A stretch of DNA of 64,000 nucleotides from Epiperipatus broadwayi (lineage: Eukaryota; Animalia; Onychophora): positions 20,584,001 to 20,648,000 of the forward strand of contig JAQFVV010000003.1 in the NCBI GenBank assembly GCA_028023455.1, read 5' to 3'. Shown here piece by piece: positions 1 through 13,018 of the stretch. Made by a program: the position numbers and the translations under genes. Each line of letters opens with the position of its first letter. The first letter of the stretch is position 1. The notes under the pieces were generated by a model, which worked only from the letters and a program-made list of their open reading frames with translations, did no database searches and was not told where the DNA came from.

Positions 1-2329
1 TATATATAATCATACCAGGGTCTACTGATTCTGGAAAATGAACAATTTCTAGATTAAAACTAATAAAAAATTACTTAAGGTCAATTATTACCTAAGATAA
101 GCTAAACAGTTTAATGATCCTATCCATTGAAAATCAAGAAACAAGGCAGTTAGATTTTAATTCAAAAACTTCTCTGAGCAAACAGCTACAAAATGTTTTT
201 AAATATTATTTTATATTGCTTCAATATAGTTAAATTAAATAATATATATTTATTTACAAAAGTTAGAATCACATTTTGAAGAGCCCCACAAAAACTATCA
301 AACTGGGCTCTGCATTAAATGAATCTGGCCCTATGCTGCTCTTCGTTTATGTAAATCACAAGTGAGGCAGTCATTATTCCCCAAACCACAGTCATTTCTA
401 AAGTGATGTAACATGTTGAAAACTGCATAACAGTGACTGGCAAAACAGTAACCTCATATGAAAAGAACTGATAAGACTGTCAGCCAACAGAAGTTTTAAT
501 ATTGCTGGAGTGTAGATAATTTATGATTCATACTTGTATATATAACACAATGAAAACAAGAAAACTAAATACTATATTTCCAACGCTGATAAACAATGCT
601 TTGTCAAAATATTATTACAGATCATTACACTCATGCACATTGTAGATCCAATTGCAATTCACACTCTAATGATCTCATAAAGTACAACTAAAGCTTTAGA
701 AATTAAGTGATATGTTAACCACATGTAGTTTTAGAATTTAGAAATCAATTCATTCCTTTAGACAAAGCAAAATTTGTATATCAAGCAAAAATGTTATTTC
801 AAGTCAAAAATTCCAATAAATATATACAAATAAAATAAATTTATCAATAAATGTAAGTTTTACAAAGTTATATTAAAGGAATTGTCACTGAAGTACACAC
901 ACACACATATAGTGTAATTCTATTTGCTTTGGTGAATCCTAGGTGAATATATCTAAATGACTATGCAATTATATAAAGATCAAAAGCAAACACAAATTAT
1001 AGTTGAACATTCTTTAATTATGAGAGAACAACAAGTCATATCTTTAATATTTTAAACAAAAAATTGTTTGCCACAAGCATGGCAGTCAAAAAAGAAAGAC
1101 TAAAGAGACAAAATAGATTACAAATTCAAAAATATAATTATGCCAATATGCATATATAAAAATATAATGAAAATTTCTACATATAAATATGACTTCCATA
1201 ATTTGAGTGCTAATAGTTTACAATCTATATATAATAATTATAATATAAGATACTGAAAGCTCTTCTTAGCTAAAGCTAAATTACAAAGCAGTGAAAATTA
1301 ATAAAATTCTGTTGTATACTAATATATGTGTAGTTGTCTCAATAATTACCATCCTATGTAAATCAAAGTTACATTATTTCACATTAGCATTAAAAATTTT
1401 TATCAAATTTTTTTTAGCTCAAGCAATGATAAATACAATACTACTTTTATTTACAGATAAGTCAATAAAATAAAAAGATGTTTAATGAAAATGAATGGCA
1501 GAAATAAAATTAAAAAAAAATAGCAAATTGCCACTTATGATGAATAAATGTTATCAGATGGATAGTACTCTAGTTACTTCAATTTGTTTTAGGGAAAAAA
1601 GCATAACATTCATAAGTAAAAGAAGTAATTGTTATAAAGACATCTAAGTGAAAGGAAAATAATGATCCTAACTAGAATAATTGATATTTTATTAATATAG
1701 AATGCAAAGACAATATAAGATGTAATATAATAAAAAAAAATTAACACAGACAATAAAAGCATTACACAGAAAGTAAATTCATTGTTTTATTACATTTCCT
1801 CATTTTATGCACACTCAAACATATGATTGTGTTTTCTCTCTCTCTCTCAACATATAATTCATTTCTGCATTGACTTTTTCATAACAATTTTATAAGCAGT
1901 TATTTTTATATAGCGCATGTTTACAATTGTATTACATTCAAATATCAGCCAGTACTTCAGATTTGCTCATATATAAGCATTTGAGTTGCAGGAATAGGTG
2001 GATTTATTTTATTCCTGCATAAATACTATATCTTGTATTGGAGAGAAAGTATTCATTTATTATTATTAACATTCGCAAAAACGTATGCATAATTAGCTTG
2101 AAAGGCTGATAGTTGAATGTAATAAGAATTTTATGTAATATAAGGGATTTGAACGAGACTTTCAAGCTTCCTTCAGCCATCCACTATATAAAATATACTT
2201 GTATTTAAAATATAACAATTTTATGTTAAAAATTTTTATTAAAAGGTTAAGATATATCAGTTTTAAATTAAATTTTATCATAAGGGTATTGTGTGTGTGT
2301 ATATAATAGACTAAAGTAATGTTCAATGG

Positions 2330-2930
2330 ATTTTCTTAAAAAAATAAATAAATAAAGATTGACAATTTTAAATTAGAAGTTAATAATTACAAAAATCTTA
2401 GTCAAATTATTAATAAGGATGGAATCATAATGGAAGAAATTATCATAGAATTAAACTTGCATGGAATGCTTTGTTATAAATAACTTAGTATTAAAAGAAA
2501 ATATGCCTATGTGTTTGAAATGAAGATGTTCGATAATGTGTTTTATCTGTTATTACTTATGGATTTGAGATTTCGGATACTTAATAATAGAGTAATGCAG
2601 AGACTTCAGACTATTCGATGAAGTATAAAAAGATATATGTTAAGAGTAACAAAAAAAAAAGATCAAAATAAAATATATATGTGAAAAAATAAACAGATAT
2701 CAATGACATTATTGAAAGAAAGCAGGGACTAAAGTGGATCTGGACTGGACATATTGTTAAAAGAAATGATAATGGATGGACAATTGAAGTTTTAAATTGG
2801 ATTCTAAGAGAACGTAAAAGACTTAAGAGATTATATATGAGATGGATGGATGAAATAAGAAACTTTATAGATGGGCTGTAGAGAAGCTATGAATTAAAAA
2901 AACTGGATTAAATTTGAAGAAACCATTCTA
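2330..2930 (+). mobile_element. 3' fragment of RTE-clade LINE (decayed RT C-terminal region)
   Basis: Manual translation from ~2705 gives DIIERKQGLKWIWTGHIVKRNDNGWTIEVLNWILRERKRLKRLYMRWMDEIRN, matching the RTE C-terminal motif KW.WAGHI.R..D.RW...VL.W.PR..KR..GRP..RW.D.I; flanking frames are broken. Boundaries approximate. Confidence 0.8.
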
Positions 2931-3469
2931 TAGTGCATCGATAATGTTTAAAAATGATATTGATAAATACATATATTTAACATGTATATTATATAAAGAG
3001 ATATTATCCAAGGCTTTATAATCCCATGTAAAGCTTAGAATCAAATTGTTACAGATATGGGAAACTACTGAATACATAGTTCTGGTTAACAAAATTACAA
3101 TAAAATTTAACCATTTTATTATTGCTCCCAATATTTGGTTCATGCATTGTTAAAATGAAAGGTTATTGCACTGTTTCCATGTAGGAAAAAGTAATATAAG
3201 CAATGGAGCTTCCCCAATGATTAAAAAATACCTGGTTATGTCAATGAAAATACCTAATAACTGAAACTGATTTAAAATAAAAAATCTGGAAAAAAGCTAT
3301 CAGATTGCAAACCTATCAGGTAATGTTGCATAAAAAGAAATGAACTAATAAGAAGTTGACTCATGTAACATTTACTAAAAAATAAGTGTATATTTGTAAA
3401 TAATCAGAATAAAAACTAAGATACAAAAGACAGAGAAATGTAAAATTAAAAAACTCAATATGAACTTAC

Positions 3470-3549
3470 AGGTTTCTTAAGAGAGGGTGTAAAACTATCA
3501 ACATAATTTTCCCTTGTTCTTTTACGAGCACCTTGCGACATCTTATGAC
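3470..3549 (-). CDS. Candidate early coding exon of unidentified minus-strand host gene
   Basis: Minus strand: long poly-T tract + AAGCAG acceptor, 80-nt exon, GTAAGT donor. Frame (G)HKMSQGARKRTRENYVDSFTPSLKKP is open, with a basic NLS-like stretch, and ends in phase 0. A second frame is also open. Protein not recognised. Confidence 0.6.
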
Positions 3550-3974
3550 CTGCTTAAAAAAAAAAAGAAAAAAATAATTTAAATAATAAAAAATGAAGAA
3601 CAAAAATATTTTAAAGCAAAACATTATACATATGACATATATGTATTTTAATTTCTGTGCCTGAAGTCAAATGATAGCACTTCATCAATGGCAATGGTAG
3701 TTTGTCATTGCTATTTCTTTACCACAATTTATACATAAACTTTAATAACCTTTTACAACATTAAAATGCGAACACATGTATATATCAAAGCAACATTCAG
3801 GTACAACTTCCCTTCCCACAACATATATTTCCATAGATTTCAAACTTTTGTGGTAATTTTATGTATATTTTTTTTATTTGTTGTATAATAGTAAATCTAT
3901 GATCAAAAAAAAAAAAAAAAAAATCAAATATCTTCATTGCTCATGAGTTAAAAAACATTTAAACATTGGATGTG

Positions 3975-4170
3975 CCAGATAGATCTGAGGACCTTATATT
4001 CCAGAATCTGATATTCTACCATTACTCTAAGATACACAAAGCAAAATAATTGAATGACTTTATGGCTCAGGAGTTCATAAGAAACTCAAGAACTGGAAAT
4101 GGCAATATTGGAATCAATCCAAAGACCCTATGCTTCAGGAGTCTGACATTCTACTATTGTATTAAACCAT
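3975..4170 (-). mobile_element. Two adjacent decayed tRNA-like SINE heads
   Basis: Minus strand acaatagtagaatgtcagactcctgaagcatagggtctttggattgattcc has an A-box/B-box-like layout; a similar degenerate copy lies ~100 bp away. Confidence 0.35.
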
Positions 4171-5655
4171 ACAGGAAAATAAAGATATTCAAATATCTTT
4201 TTAATGATAAAATATGATTGAAAATTAAAGCATTTCTTTTTTCTTAAATATTAAATTCATTTAGTTTCTTTTTACATGATCAATCTATTTATGCACAAGA
4301 AATTACATTGAGGTGCTTCTTAAACTTATTTAGCACAAGCATATTTAAATATTGTTAAACAATCTATTACATATTAAGGCAAGAATTAGATTATACAGAT
4401 ATATCAACATGAAATATATACAGTATATGTAAAATTTCCTGAATATTTGGTGAATTTTAATTTATTAGACAAGTGTTATTTCTTTTGTTTTATATTAAAT
4501 GATCAACATGTTAGTTGCTTGGATGGCCATGTGATATTTGAACACCGTAAGTAAATTTCAAAGTATGAATCTTTTTCTCTCAAATCCATCATTTTATCAA
4601 TGCACTAAATCACACAGAGTTGTTTTCATATTATATTCTGTAGATAAAAAATAAAAATATTTAATGTAGTTAAATCATATAGAATATACAAATATTAATG
4701 TTAAAAAAAACCCTAATACTTGTAAGCATAAATTATTAAGAGTATTAAGTTCATTCTCTAATCAAACCTTATTTGTTAAAATATATTTTACTATTTTTTT
4801 TTTGTATGAGGGATCTTTTGTATTTGTCAAAGACTACGTATATATGATCCTCTTATTTTCATTCAACCATATTCTTATTTTCCCATCACCTAAACATATG
4901 CATTTTATTAAAATCACAACAATCTCTGCCTTGAATATGTGAAAAATGCACATTTCCCATTATTGTTATTTTTTTCATCTTAGAATTAATTATAGAAAGG
5001 TAAATATTTAAATTCTGGTTAGAAATTGTAAAATTTTTTCCTAAATATAACTTTTTAAAAAAATTGTTAAAAATATGCTTTTATTAATCAATTAAAGCTG
5101 ATTATGTAACTATAACATATGTGAACAGCAAAAGTATATATACATGAGTCATTCAAGTATTCCAGTTCTCTAGATCAAATTTTAGCTGTATTGAATCCCA
5201 ATAATTTCTTTCTATATTAATACTAATCAAAGGCCAAAAGATGGCAATGCAGAAACCCTCTACAAAAAGTTCACTGTGAAATAGGTTTTACCAAGCAAAA
5301 GAACTGCATTCATTAAATAATAATTTTTTATTCTTACTCTGATATTAATGACTTGAAAATTTTTATTATAGTGTGCATATCACCATTTATTTGTTAAACT
5401 GGGGAAATAATTCTTTTTTTTTTTGCTTTGCCAAAAAAATACATTATTAAAAAAGGAAAAGAAAAACAGCTAAACATAATATATATAAACAAATTTTAAA
5501 GAAATTTTAAAAAATAATATTTAATAAATAATTGAAGTTCAAACATTATTAAACAAAAAAAAAATGAATTACTAAAAAAATGAAAGAAATTCAAATTTAG
5601 TTAAAAAAAAAAAAGGTTACTAAATTAATCTTTACCTACATATCATAAATAATAA

Positions 5656-5708
5656 TTACAAAGAAATCAAGTCATGTCACATGACTTAATTTAACAAGCT
5701 TATATTAT
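5656..5708 (-). repeat. Fragment of the LTR-like segment of the Gypsy element at 39654-43345
   Basis: ttacaaagaaatcaagtcatgtcacatgacttaatttaacaagctt is nearly identical to 39726-39773. Confidence 0.6.
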
Positions 5709-6639
5709 AAATGTTATATATATCTGTGTGTGAGCTCTATATATAATAATAATATTTTTTGTATTGAATGCAGCTTACAATTGGAAGAGCAATAAGTAGT
5801 AAGAAATAAAGATTAAAAAAAAAAATCACCAAAATTCTGCTAGTATATTTGTACCGCATAAGAAAAAATTGTTAGATATAGTTCCCTAAATGAACATCAG
5901 AGAAAAATGATGGAGTAAAACTGAACATCAAGAAAATTATAAACTTTAGTAAGGCTTACCTTTTAGAAACAGAAAGATTATGAAACAAATTCATTTCATT
6001 GTATAAAAAAAAATAAACAAGACATTAGCTATTGAAAAATACTGAATAAAAATTGTTACAAAAATATTGGATTTATAAATTAATTTTTATTTATTTCTAT
6101 AAAATTGTTTTCATTCTTTACATAATTCGAAGTTAAAGATAATGGCCACATAACAGAGAATATTGGTTTTAAAACTATTTCTAAAAGTACAGTAAACTGG
6201 ATTTGGCAACATTACATTGTGGTATTCTGTATAAATAATGTCATCCTAAAAAGACGAAACAATTAAACACACTTAGCGAGTTGTGCTAACATTTTTATTC
6301 TTCATTCATAATTTTATCATCAAATTCAATATTCTAATTATAAATAAAACTGCTGTTTTAAACATTTATTTTAAAATAAAATATTCTGAATCAAATTATG
6401 AAATTAGAAATATTTCAATTTTTAAACATATAAAAACACAAAAAAATATTTACATTAACTATCATACACATATTTATGAATCAAGTGCATAGATAAAATA
6501 AATATAACATATATGGAAAAATATGTATTATGCATAGATTTTATATTATCTAAGACAAAAAAACGTTCTGTGTAAATGGTATTAAGCATATAGCTATATG
6601 TCATGGAAAATCATTTATAAACATTTTAATGGAAATGAT

Positions 6640-8620
6640 AAGTATTCTCAGTATCATCATCATGATTTTCAGTCATTATTGATCCACTGGAGAATGCAAG
6701 TCTCTCCAAGTTTAATTCAGTTTTTCCAATCTTCATCATCTCTTTTCCACATTAATCTAGCACACTTCCTTATTTCATCCATCCATCTGACATGATGTCT
6801 ATTTCTAGATGTTTTACAATCACTTGAAATCCAGTTTAAGACTTCAACAGTTCATTTATTAACTCTTCTAGTAATATTCCAGCCCAGCTCCACTTTATTC
6901 TCTTAATCATTTCAATGATGTCAGTAACACCTGTTTGTTTCCTCACCCATTTATTTCACTTTCAATCTTTTCTGGTTACTCCTAATATAAATCTATACTT
7001 TGTTGAGAAATCTGAAGTCTATATATTATTTGTCTGTTAAATGCTCAAGTCAGATCCATAATTAAGAACTGATAAAACATATTTATTAAAACCTTTCTTT
7101 TCAAACACATAGGCATATTTCTTTTTAATATAAAGTTATTTTTACCAAAAACACTCCAAGTTCAATTCTATGATTAATTTTATCCATTATATTACCAATG
7201 TATTAATAATCTGATAAAGGTATTTGTAGTTAATTTCTTGTAATACATCATTACTAATCTTTATTTTCTTTCTTTGAGAGAATTTATTGCACATTATCTA
7301 GTCTTTTTAGTTTTTACCTTTGTTATTTTCATCTGATAACTATTATATTTCCCGAAGCTCAACTATTATTTGCAAAAACAATTACATCAGCTGCAAAATC
7401 TAAATGATTTAAGTAATTTACTTTTACTCCCTTACTTTCCTATTTTAATCCACAAAATACTTACAGCAAAACAGCTAAAAATGTTTTGGAGATATGAAGT
7501 TACTCTGTCATACACCTATTTCTATGTTAATCTTCTTAGTCTCACTATGTATTCTAATCAATTTTCTGTGCATTTTGATAAATATTCTTCAGAATATGCA
7601 ATATCCTGGATCTATATATTGATTCAACACATTAATCACTAAATAAATGCTTTTAGAAACAAATATTCATTATTTTAGTGGTCAATTGCTGCTTTTTTGT
7701 ATTAACTATCTTTGTGCAGTTCTTAATAGTGTATTAGTTATCTTCTTATTAATTTCATTCAAATCTAAGCCATCTTCAAAATTTGATAATATTTTGAAAC
7801 AATTTGCAAGTTCTAATTTAATTTCACTTGAATGTTTCTGATGGTTAGGAATATCAACTGTGAATACTATTTTTCTCAATAATTTTTGTCTTTTTAATTT
7901 TGGATTAACATATATCTTACATTTCACTAATCAATGAACACTTCCTGTGTTAAATTTATTAAGAAGATTACAATCTCGAAATATGTATTTTCAGTTAATT
8001 AAATATAAACCAATTCTGCTGTTCCTTCATTAGAATGCTTGCATGCCCATTTATGTTTAACATTTCTATTTTCTGCAAACTCCACAAGTCTTTATTCTCT
8101 TGCATTTCTATCACCATAATGTAAATTTCCCCACAACAATTTCATCTTTCAATCATTTAGCAATTCTAGCTTTAAAATCTCTTATGACAATTTTAAAATG
8201 TTGTTTGATAATGATCAAAAACATTTTGTACATCCATATACAAATCCTCTATTTCTTCATCAGAGTGAGAACTTATTGAGGCATAAACCAGAAGTATTTG
8301 AATAACTAAGCTTGGCATGTTGTTTGTACACCATCAATCTCCACAGTGTTGTTTTCCCATTTTTTATTTATAATAAGTCCTACCCTACTAGAACCCCCAA
8401 TATTTGTGCTTTTGTAAAATAATACATATCCACTTTCTAAATCAATTGTCTCTCCACCTTTTCTTCTAACTTAACAAAGTTTAACAATGTCCCATTTAAT
8501 ATTATAAAGTTCTTCTATCAATTCCTTCACTTGAACGTAATCTGCAATTCTAAGTACTTAAATAAAAGGACTTCATCAAATGGCAGCCTAGGTCTGCAAT
8601 AAAGAGACATTTAGCACCCT
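6640..8620 (-). mobile_element. Decayed RTE-clade LINE (endonuclease to C-terminus, internally shortened)
   Basis: Minus translations: ELIEELYNIKWDIVKLC*VRRKGGETIDLESGYVLF and LLVYASISSHSDEEIEDLYMDVQ (APE endonuclease), RLVEFAENRN, NYLNHLDFAADVIVFANN (RT YADD region), and terminal LGETCILQWINND* followed by a (TGA)n-like tail. Many stops and frameshifts. Confidence 0.85.
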
Positions 8621-9218
8621 CCATTTTCAGCCACAAATCATTGCTTTGACTGGCAACTTGAAAGCTTCCTAGAAATAAGAACCATAATTTAATTTTGTCA
8701 TGATTCTAAATATCTATTAAAAAAAGTTCATTCATCCATTCATTCTGCTTTCAAGAAAACTCAACTGATATATCAGTTAAAAGCTATAGAGCAACTGAGA
8801 AAAAAACTATAGCGTTTCTTGATCTTAAAAAGCCAATAAACTCACCACTTTGACTGATGTGTTGATGCGCAGCCCATACATGTTCATATACTACATGAAA
8901 AACCATATAATAATAATAACAGCTGCAATAATAAGAATGTAAGAAATGGGTATTAGAATTTGCCATGCTTAATTCCTTTTCAAATAGGAATCAAAGGGTC
9001 TCTTTTCAGTTAACAACAAACTCCTTTCTGTAGCAATTCTCAGTATAAGTATTAATAACTTTTTTGATTAATAATTTATATTTTTATATTATACTCAATT
9101 GTCTTGATAAATCATTATTTCAAATTTATTGCTCAGAAAATAAAGTTACTTTAATTTGTCAGCAGTTTTTGGAAGCAATTGCCATATATATGTTGAGTAT
9201 GGTTGTGAAAATGTTTAT

Positions 9219-9372
9219 ATATGGGGTGGATGGGTGCAAAAGTAGGTATATAATTGTAAGGATTATACCAATATTTTATATCTTATTGTGACTTAAAAAT
9301 TTATTACATTTAATTAAAATTTTTTTTTTCCATAATAAAAAGTATGCCAACTTTTGCATCCCCTCCTGTATA
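9219..9372. mobile_element. Possible Tc1/mariner-type MITE
   Basis: Imperfect inverted ends (…gggtgcaaaagtaggtata / tatgccaacttttgcatcccctcctgta) flanked by TA. Confidence 0.4.
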
Positions 9373-9933
9373 AATGTGTAGGTACAAATTGTCTAACTAT
9401 GATTATTAATACATATGTGCATTTTCAAATTATAATTTTTCAATATTATTTATTAAATTAATTTTTGAAAATAAATTATTACATAATCTAATATTTATTA
9501 TGTTTGGGGGAAAAATCTCTTTTTTTTCCTTGTCTTACATTAAAAATGAATTATCAAAACATTTTCATTTTTTTGAGGGACAGTGGCATAAAATATGAGA
9601 TGTTTTATATATAACTTTAATTATAATTTTATGGAGAATAAAATAAATCTATACTAATTTGCCTATTTTAAACATATATCAAAATTCACAATTTATGAGA
9701 ATATTTTCTCAGCTTTATTGTTTTTATGGTATGTTAATTTTATAAAACATATAATATTTTATCTATATAACATCATGTAAATTGAAATTATTGCAAAACT
9801 TACAATTTCAATAAAATTCATAAAAAGTCAGTAAGATATTTATGAGGGTTAAAAATATATACAAATCATATTAATTTTTATAATATTAAAATTCAGATAG
9901 ATGTACAATTTATTATAAATAATTACATTACTA

Positions 9934-10368
9934 CAGGGGTGGGAAATTGTTTTGGTTCGGGAGCCGCAGAGGTTGGCGAAAGGCCGCATTGGGGGACGCT
10001 TTGTGGAAGTGAATTTTAACGGAGGGCCACACCTTTTTTTCATTTCAGAATAAACACATTGCTTTATTCCTGTATTACTAAAGAAATAAACACACGACAT
10101 TCATCACCGATTTTACATTTTTTCGGAGGGTTCATAGTTTCACTAAAGTTGGCAATGTATATATTTGCTAATCCAAAGACAAAATTTAACTTAACCAGAT
10201 CAACTGGAAAAGCACTGCACATGTGTATTGACCTGGCCATCCTAGTGGAAAATACGAGACGAATCTTCGGTCACGTATGGAAAGAAATCTCAGTTCAAAG
10301 CGGATTTTTCTGATTGTCTTGGCAGGCTGCATAAAAACTCTTAGTGGGCCACTATTTGCCCACCCCTG
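9934..10368 (-). mobile_element. Internally deleted hAT (Charlie/Buster-type) DNA transposon, 435 bp
   Basis: TIRs CAGGGGTGGGAAA / TTTGCCCACCCCTG; perfect 8-bp TSD CATTACTA (9926-9933, 10369-10376). Minus ATG at 10135 reads MNPPKKCKIGDECRVF, resembling the KRK.D.ECRVF N-terminus of Charlie/Buster transposases. CpG-rich relative to flanks. Confidence 0.9.
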
Positions 10369-10531
10369 CATTACTACATTTTTTTCTTAAAATTTTGTTT
10401 ATATAGCACTGCACTTTTAATTTATATACAGTACACACACAAAGCAATTGTTCTGTATGTATATATGTGTTGCAAGGTACTATATTATATATTTAGAATA
10501 CAATAAATAATACACATTCTATTCTAATTAC

Positions 10532-10581
10532 CATTTATCAGTAAAAGGTGAGCTTGGAACAAAATAAAGTGCAGTTCACCG
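10532..10581 (-). other. Candidate 50-nt exon (probably 5' UTR/alternative) of minus-strand host gene
   Basis: Acceptor ttttactttttatatacAG and donor ATG|GTAATT. Confidence 0.4.
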
Positions 10582-12392
10582 CTGTATATAAAAAGTAAAA
10601 GCATGAATATAGTAAAAAAAACAGAGGAGAAAAGGTTTTTTTTAAAAAAATAAACATTTTTATTTTAAAAAATTACATATACTGTAAATATATAAAAAAG
10701 AATCTTTAGAAAAGTTTTAATCAAGCAGTTACTTTATATTACAATTATAATTGGTTTATATTTTATTTACTCTTAAGATTATCAAAAATAATATATTTTT
10801 TCTTTTTTATTGTGATTTAATTATTCCCATTGTTTAAAGCTATATAATATATTTGCAAAATGTATATAATTATCATTGAAAAAGACTATATTATTGATAA
10901 AACATTGAAGCTAAAAAATTAGAAATAATTTGACTTAGAATAATAAATAGGAATTGCTCTAGAAATGAATTTTGTGATGATTATACAAATCAATCTGTGA
11001 ATCACAGATATGTTTAATTATAGAACATGCTGGTCCATTTTTCTGTTTATTTGTTGTTTTGTAATGTATTTTAATTCATTCAGCAGAACACTTTTCTTAA
11101 TGAACTATTTAAACACCTTGTATAATTGTAGCTCTCAATTTATTCTAACCTCTGCTATATCTTTCCAATGGAAACAATTGACATTGCTTTTTTTTAGAAC
11201 ATCTTTGAGAGAATCCTTGCAACATAGACAGAAATTACTTCTATCACAAAACCATGCTCAAGTTCACTATTGAACACTTTTTTTTAAGGAGTCTTGCATT
11301 GTTCATTAATTTAAATTATCAAATCCAATGAAGGTGTGATTTTACAAAAGTGATTCTATAATATAACATCCAGCAAATAGAAAAACATTGATTTATAAAA
11401 TTTTACAGAGTATTTATAAATGAAATTTCTCTAATGCTTTTATATTGTGCCGATAGAATGTTCAAATATCACTTTCATACGAGAAATTAGCTAACTTAAT
11501 TGCAGTAGTTGTTTCCTGGAATAAAATACCCTATATTTTAACTACATAAAAGCAGCAGCACTTTGAAGGCTGTGTTGCATCCCAACATCTAATTCCACCT
11601 TTCTACTTCTAAAACTACCAAAATATATAAATTGGTATACATTGCCAAACTGAAAACTATCCTAAGTAAAAGTTGATGAGGATTTTTCTTCAGTCATTGG
11701 CTGATAAAGAACTTGAGATTTTTGAAAGTGAGTTAATAAAGTAAAGACTTTATATGTAGCACTTAAAACATTAAGCACATTCTGTAAATGATCTTTTGAA
11801 CTGGCAAAAATAACACAATCATTGAAGATGAAGTTCTTATTTTCATTTTTAATCAATTCAAATTAAAAATTCTACCATCAAAGCTGTATCATATCTTGAT
11901 CCCTGTTTCATTAAACTGCTTATAAACAATTCCAAAAATCACTGACATAAAAATTGAAAACAATGTTGAAGCAAGGGCCCATTTTTGTATAACACCAGTT
12001 TTATTTCAAATGCCTACCTGTAGTAATAATACTTCCTTTCATTCCATCATGTAAAAGCTATATAATATTAATAAATTTTGGTGAACAGCTAATTAATTTC
12101 AAATAATGCTGTCCTTGATCAAATCAATAAAAACAATACATATATAACACTCCACTGTTCACAACATTATTTTTTGCAGTGATTTGGATACAATAACTAT
12201 ATTAGTAATACATCTTAATTATCTAAAACTACAATGAGTCGCTGAAAACCATCTATGAATGCAAGTAACCTATTTAACAAAATCGTTGAAAGTATCTTTG
12301 CTATAGTGAAGAATAAATCAATAAAAACAATATATATCATTCCATTGTTCACAAGATTTTTTTTTCATTGACCTGGATACAATAACTATATT

Positions 12393-13018
12393 AATATATT
12401 CGGGATTCGAACTCAGACTTTCACACAACCCACTGCTCTCAGTGCTATCTCATATTGCTGACCCACCTGATCACACACATGCTGAAAAGATAAATAATCA
12501 CCAATAAACGTATTTCATGCTAAACCAGCAATCATCAGTTGGTCTAGATTACTATTCTCACACATATATACAATCAGTGCTCAGCTTTATATTAAGATAG
12601 CCGATCTTCATACTTTAATGGACAGGCTTCAAACTATTCCAATTCACAACTCTTCAGCTTTCCATTTCATTGAAAATCTGATGATGGCACATTCAAAGCC
12701 CTTGTTAGTGCCAAGGTTGTCATCCTACTCATGTTGACATATTAGTCATTCCGACCCCTCATGTACAGGAGAATAATCCATTTATACGTATATATGTGAG
12801 GAATGGGCAGACCTTTTACACACTATTTATATAAATTAATACATTGTACAGGCTTAAACCTGCATTTATATATGTAATATATTTGGATGCATGTGTGTGT
12901 GATCAGGTGGGTCAGCAATATGAGATAGCACTGAGAGTAGTGGGTTGTGTGAAAGTCTGAGTGCGAATCCCGAATATATTACATATATAAATGCAGGTAT
13001 AAGCCTGTACAATGTATT
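12393..13018 (-). mobile_element. Retrozyme-like non-autonomous retroelement with hammerhead, B-box and 5'-inverted segment
   Basis: 12-bp TSD AATAACTATATT (12381-12392, 13019-13030). Inverted repeats 12392-12482/12889-12981 and 12835-12883/12973-13021. Contains a hammerhead and GAGTTCGAATCCCG on the same (minus) strand. Confidence 0.75.
12496..12550 (-). ncRNA. Minimal type I hammerhead ribozyme (near-canonical)
   Basis: Minus: AATC-TAG-ACCAA-CTGATGA-TTGCT-GGTTT-AGCAT-GAAA-TACGTTTA-TTGGT-GATT. Intact CUGAUGA and GAAA cores; stem I ACCAA/TTGGT plus AATC/GATT; stem II TGCT/AGCA; near-palindromic TACGT(T) stem III; UUA triplet. Two mismatches from an ideal fold. Confidence 0.75.

Noticed and set aside
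280-335. gagccccac…aatctggccct resembling a hAT-type transposon end
   Set aside because: No matching opposite TIR or TSD identifiable within the window.
12392-12981. Initial reading as a simple MITE with 91-bp TIRs
   Set aside because: The 12-bp TSD lies outside an extra inverted segment, and the hammerhead plus B-box fit a retrotransposed element better.
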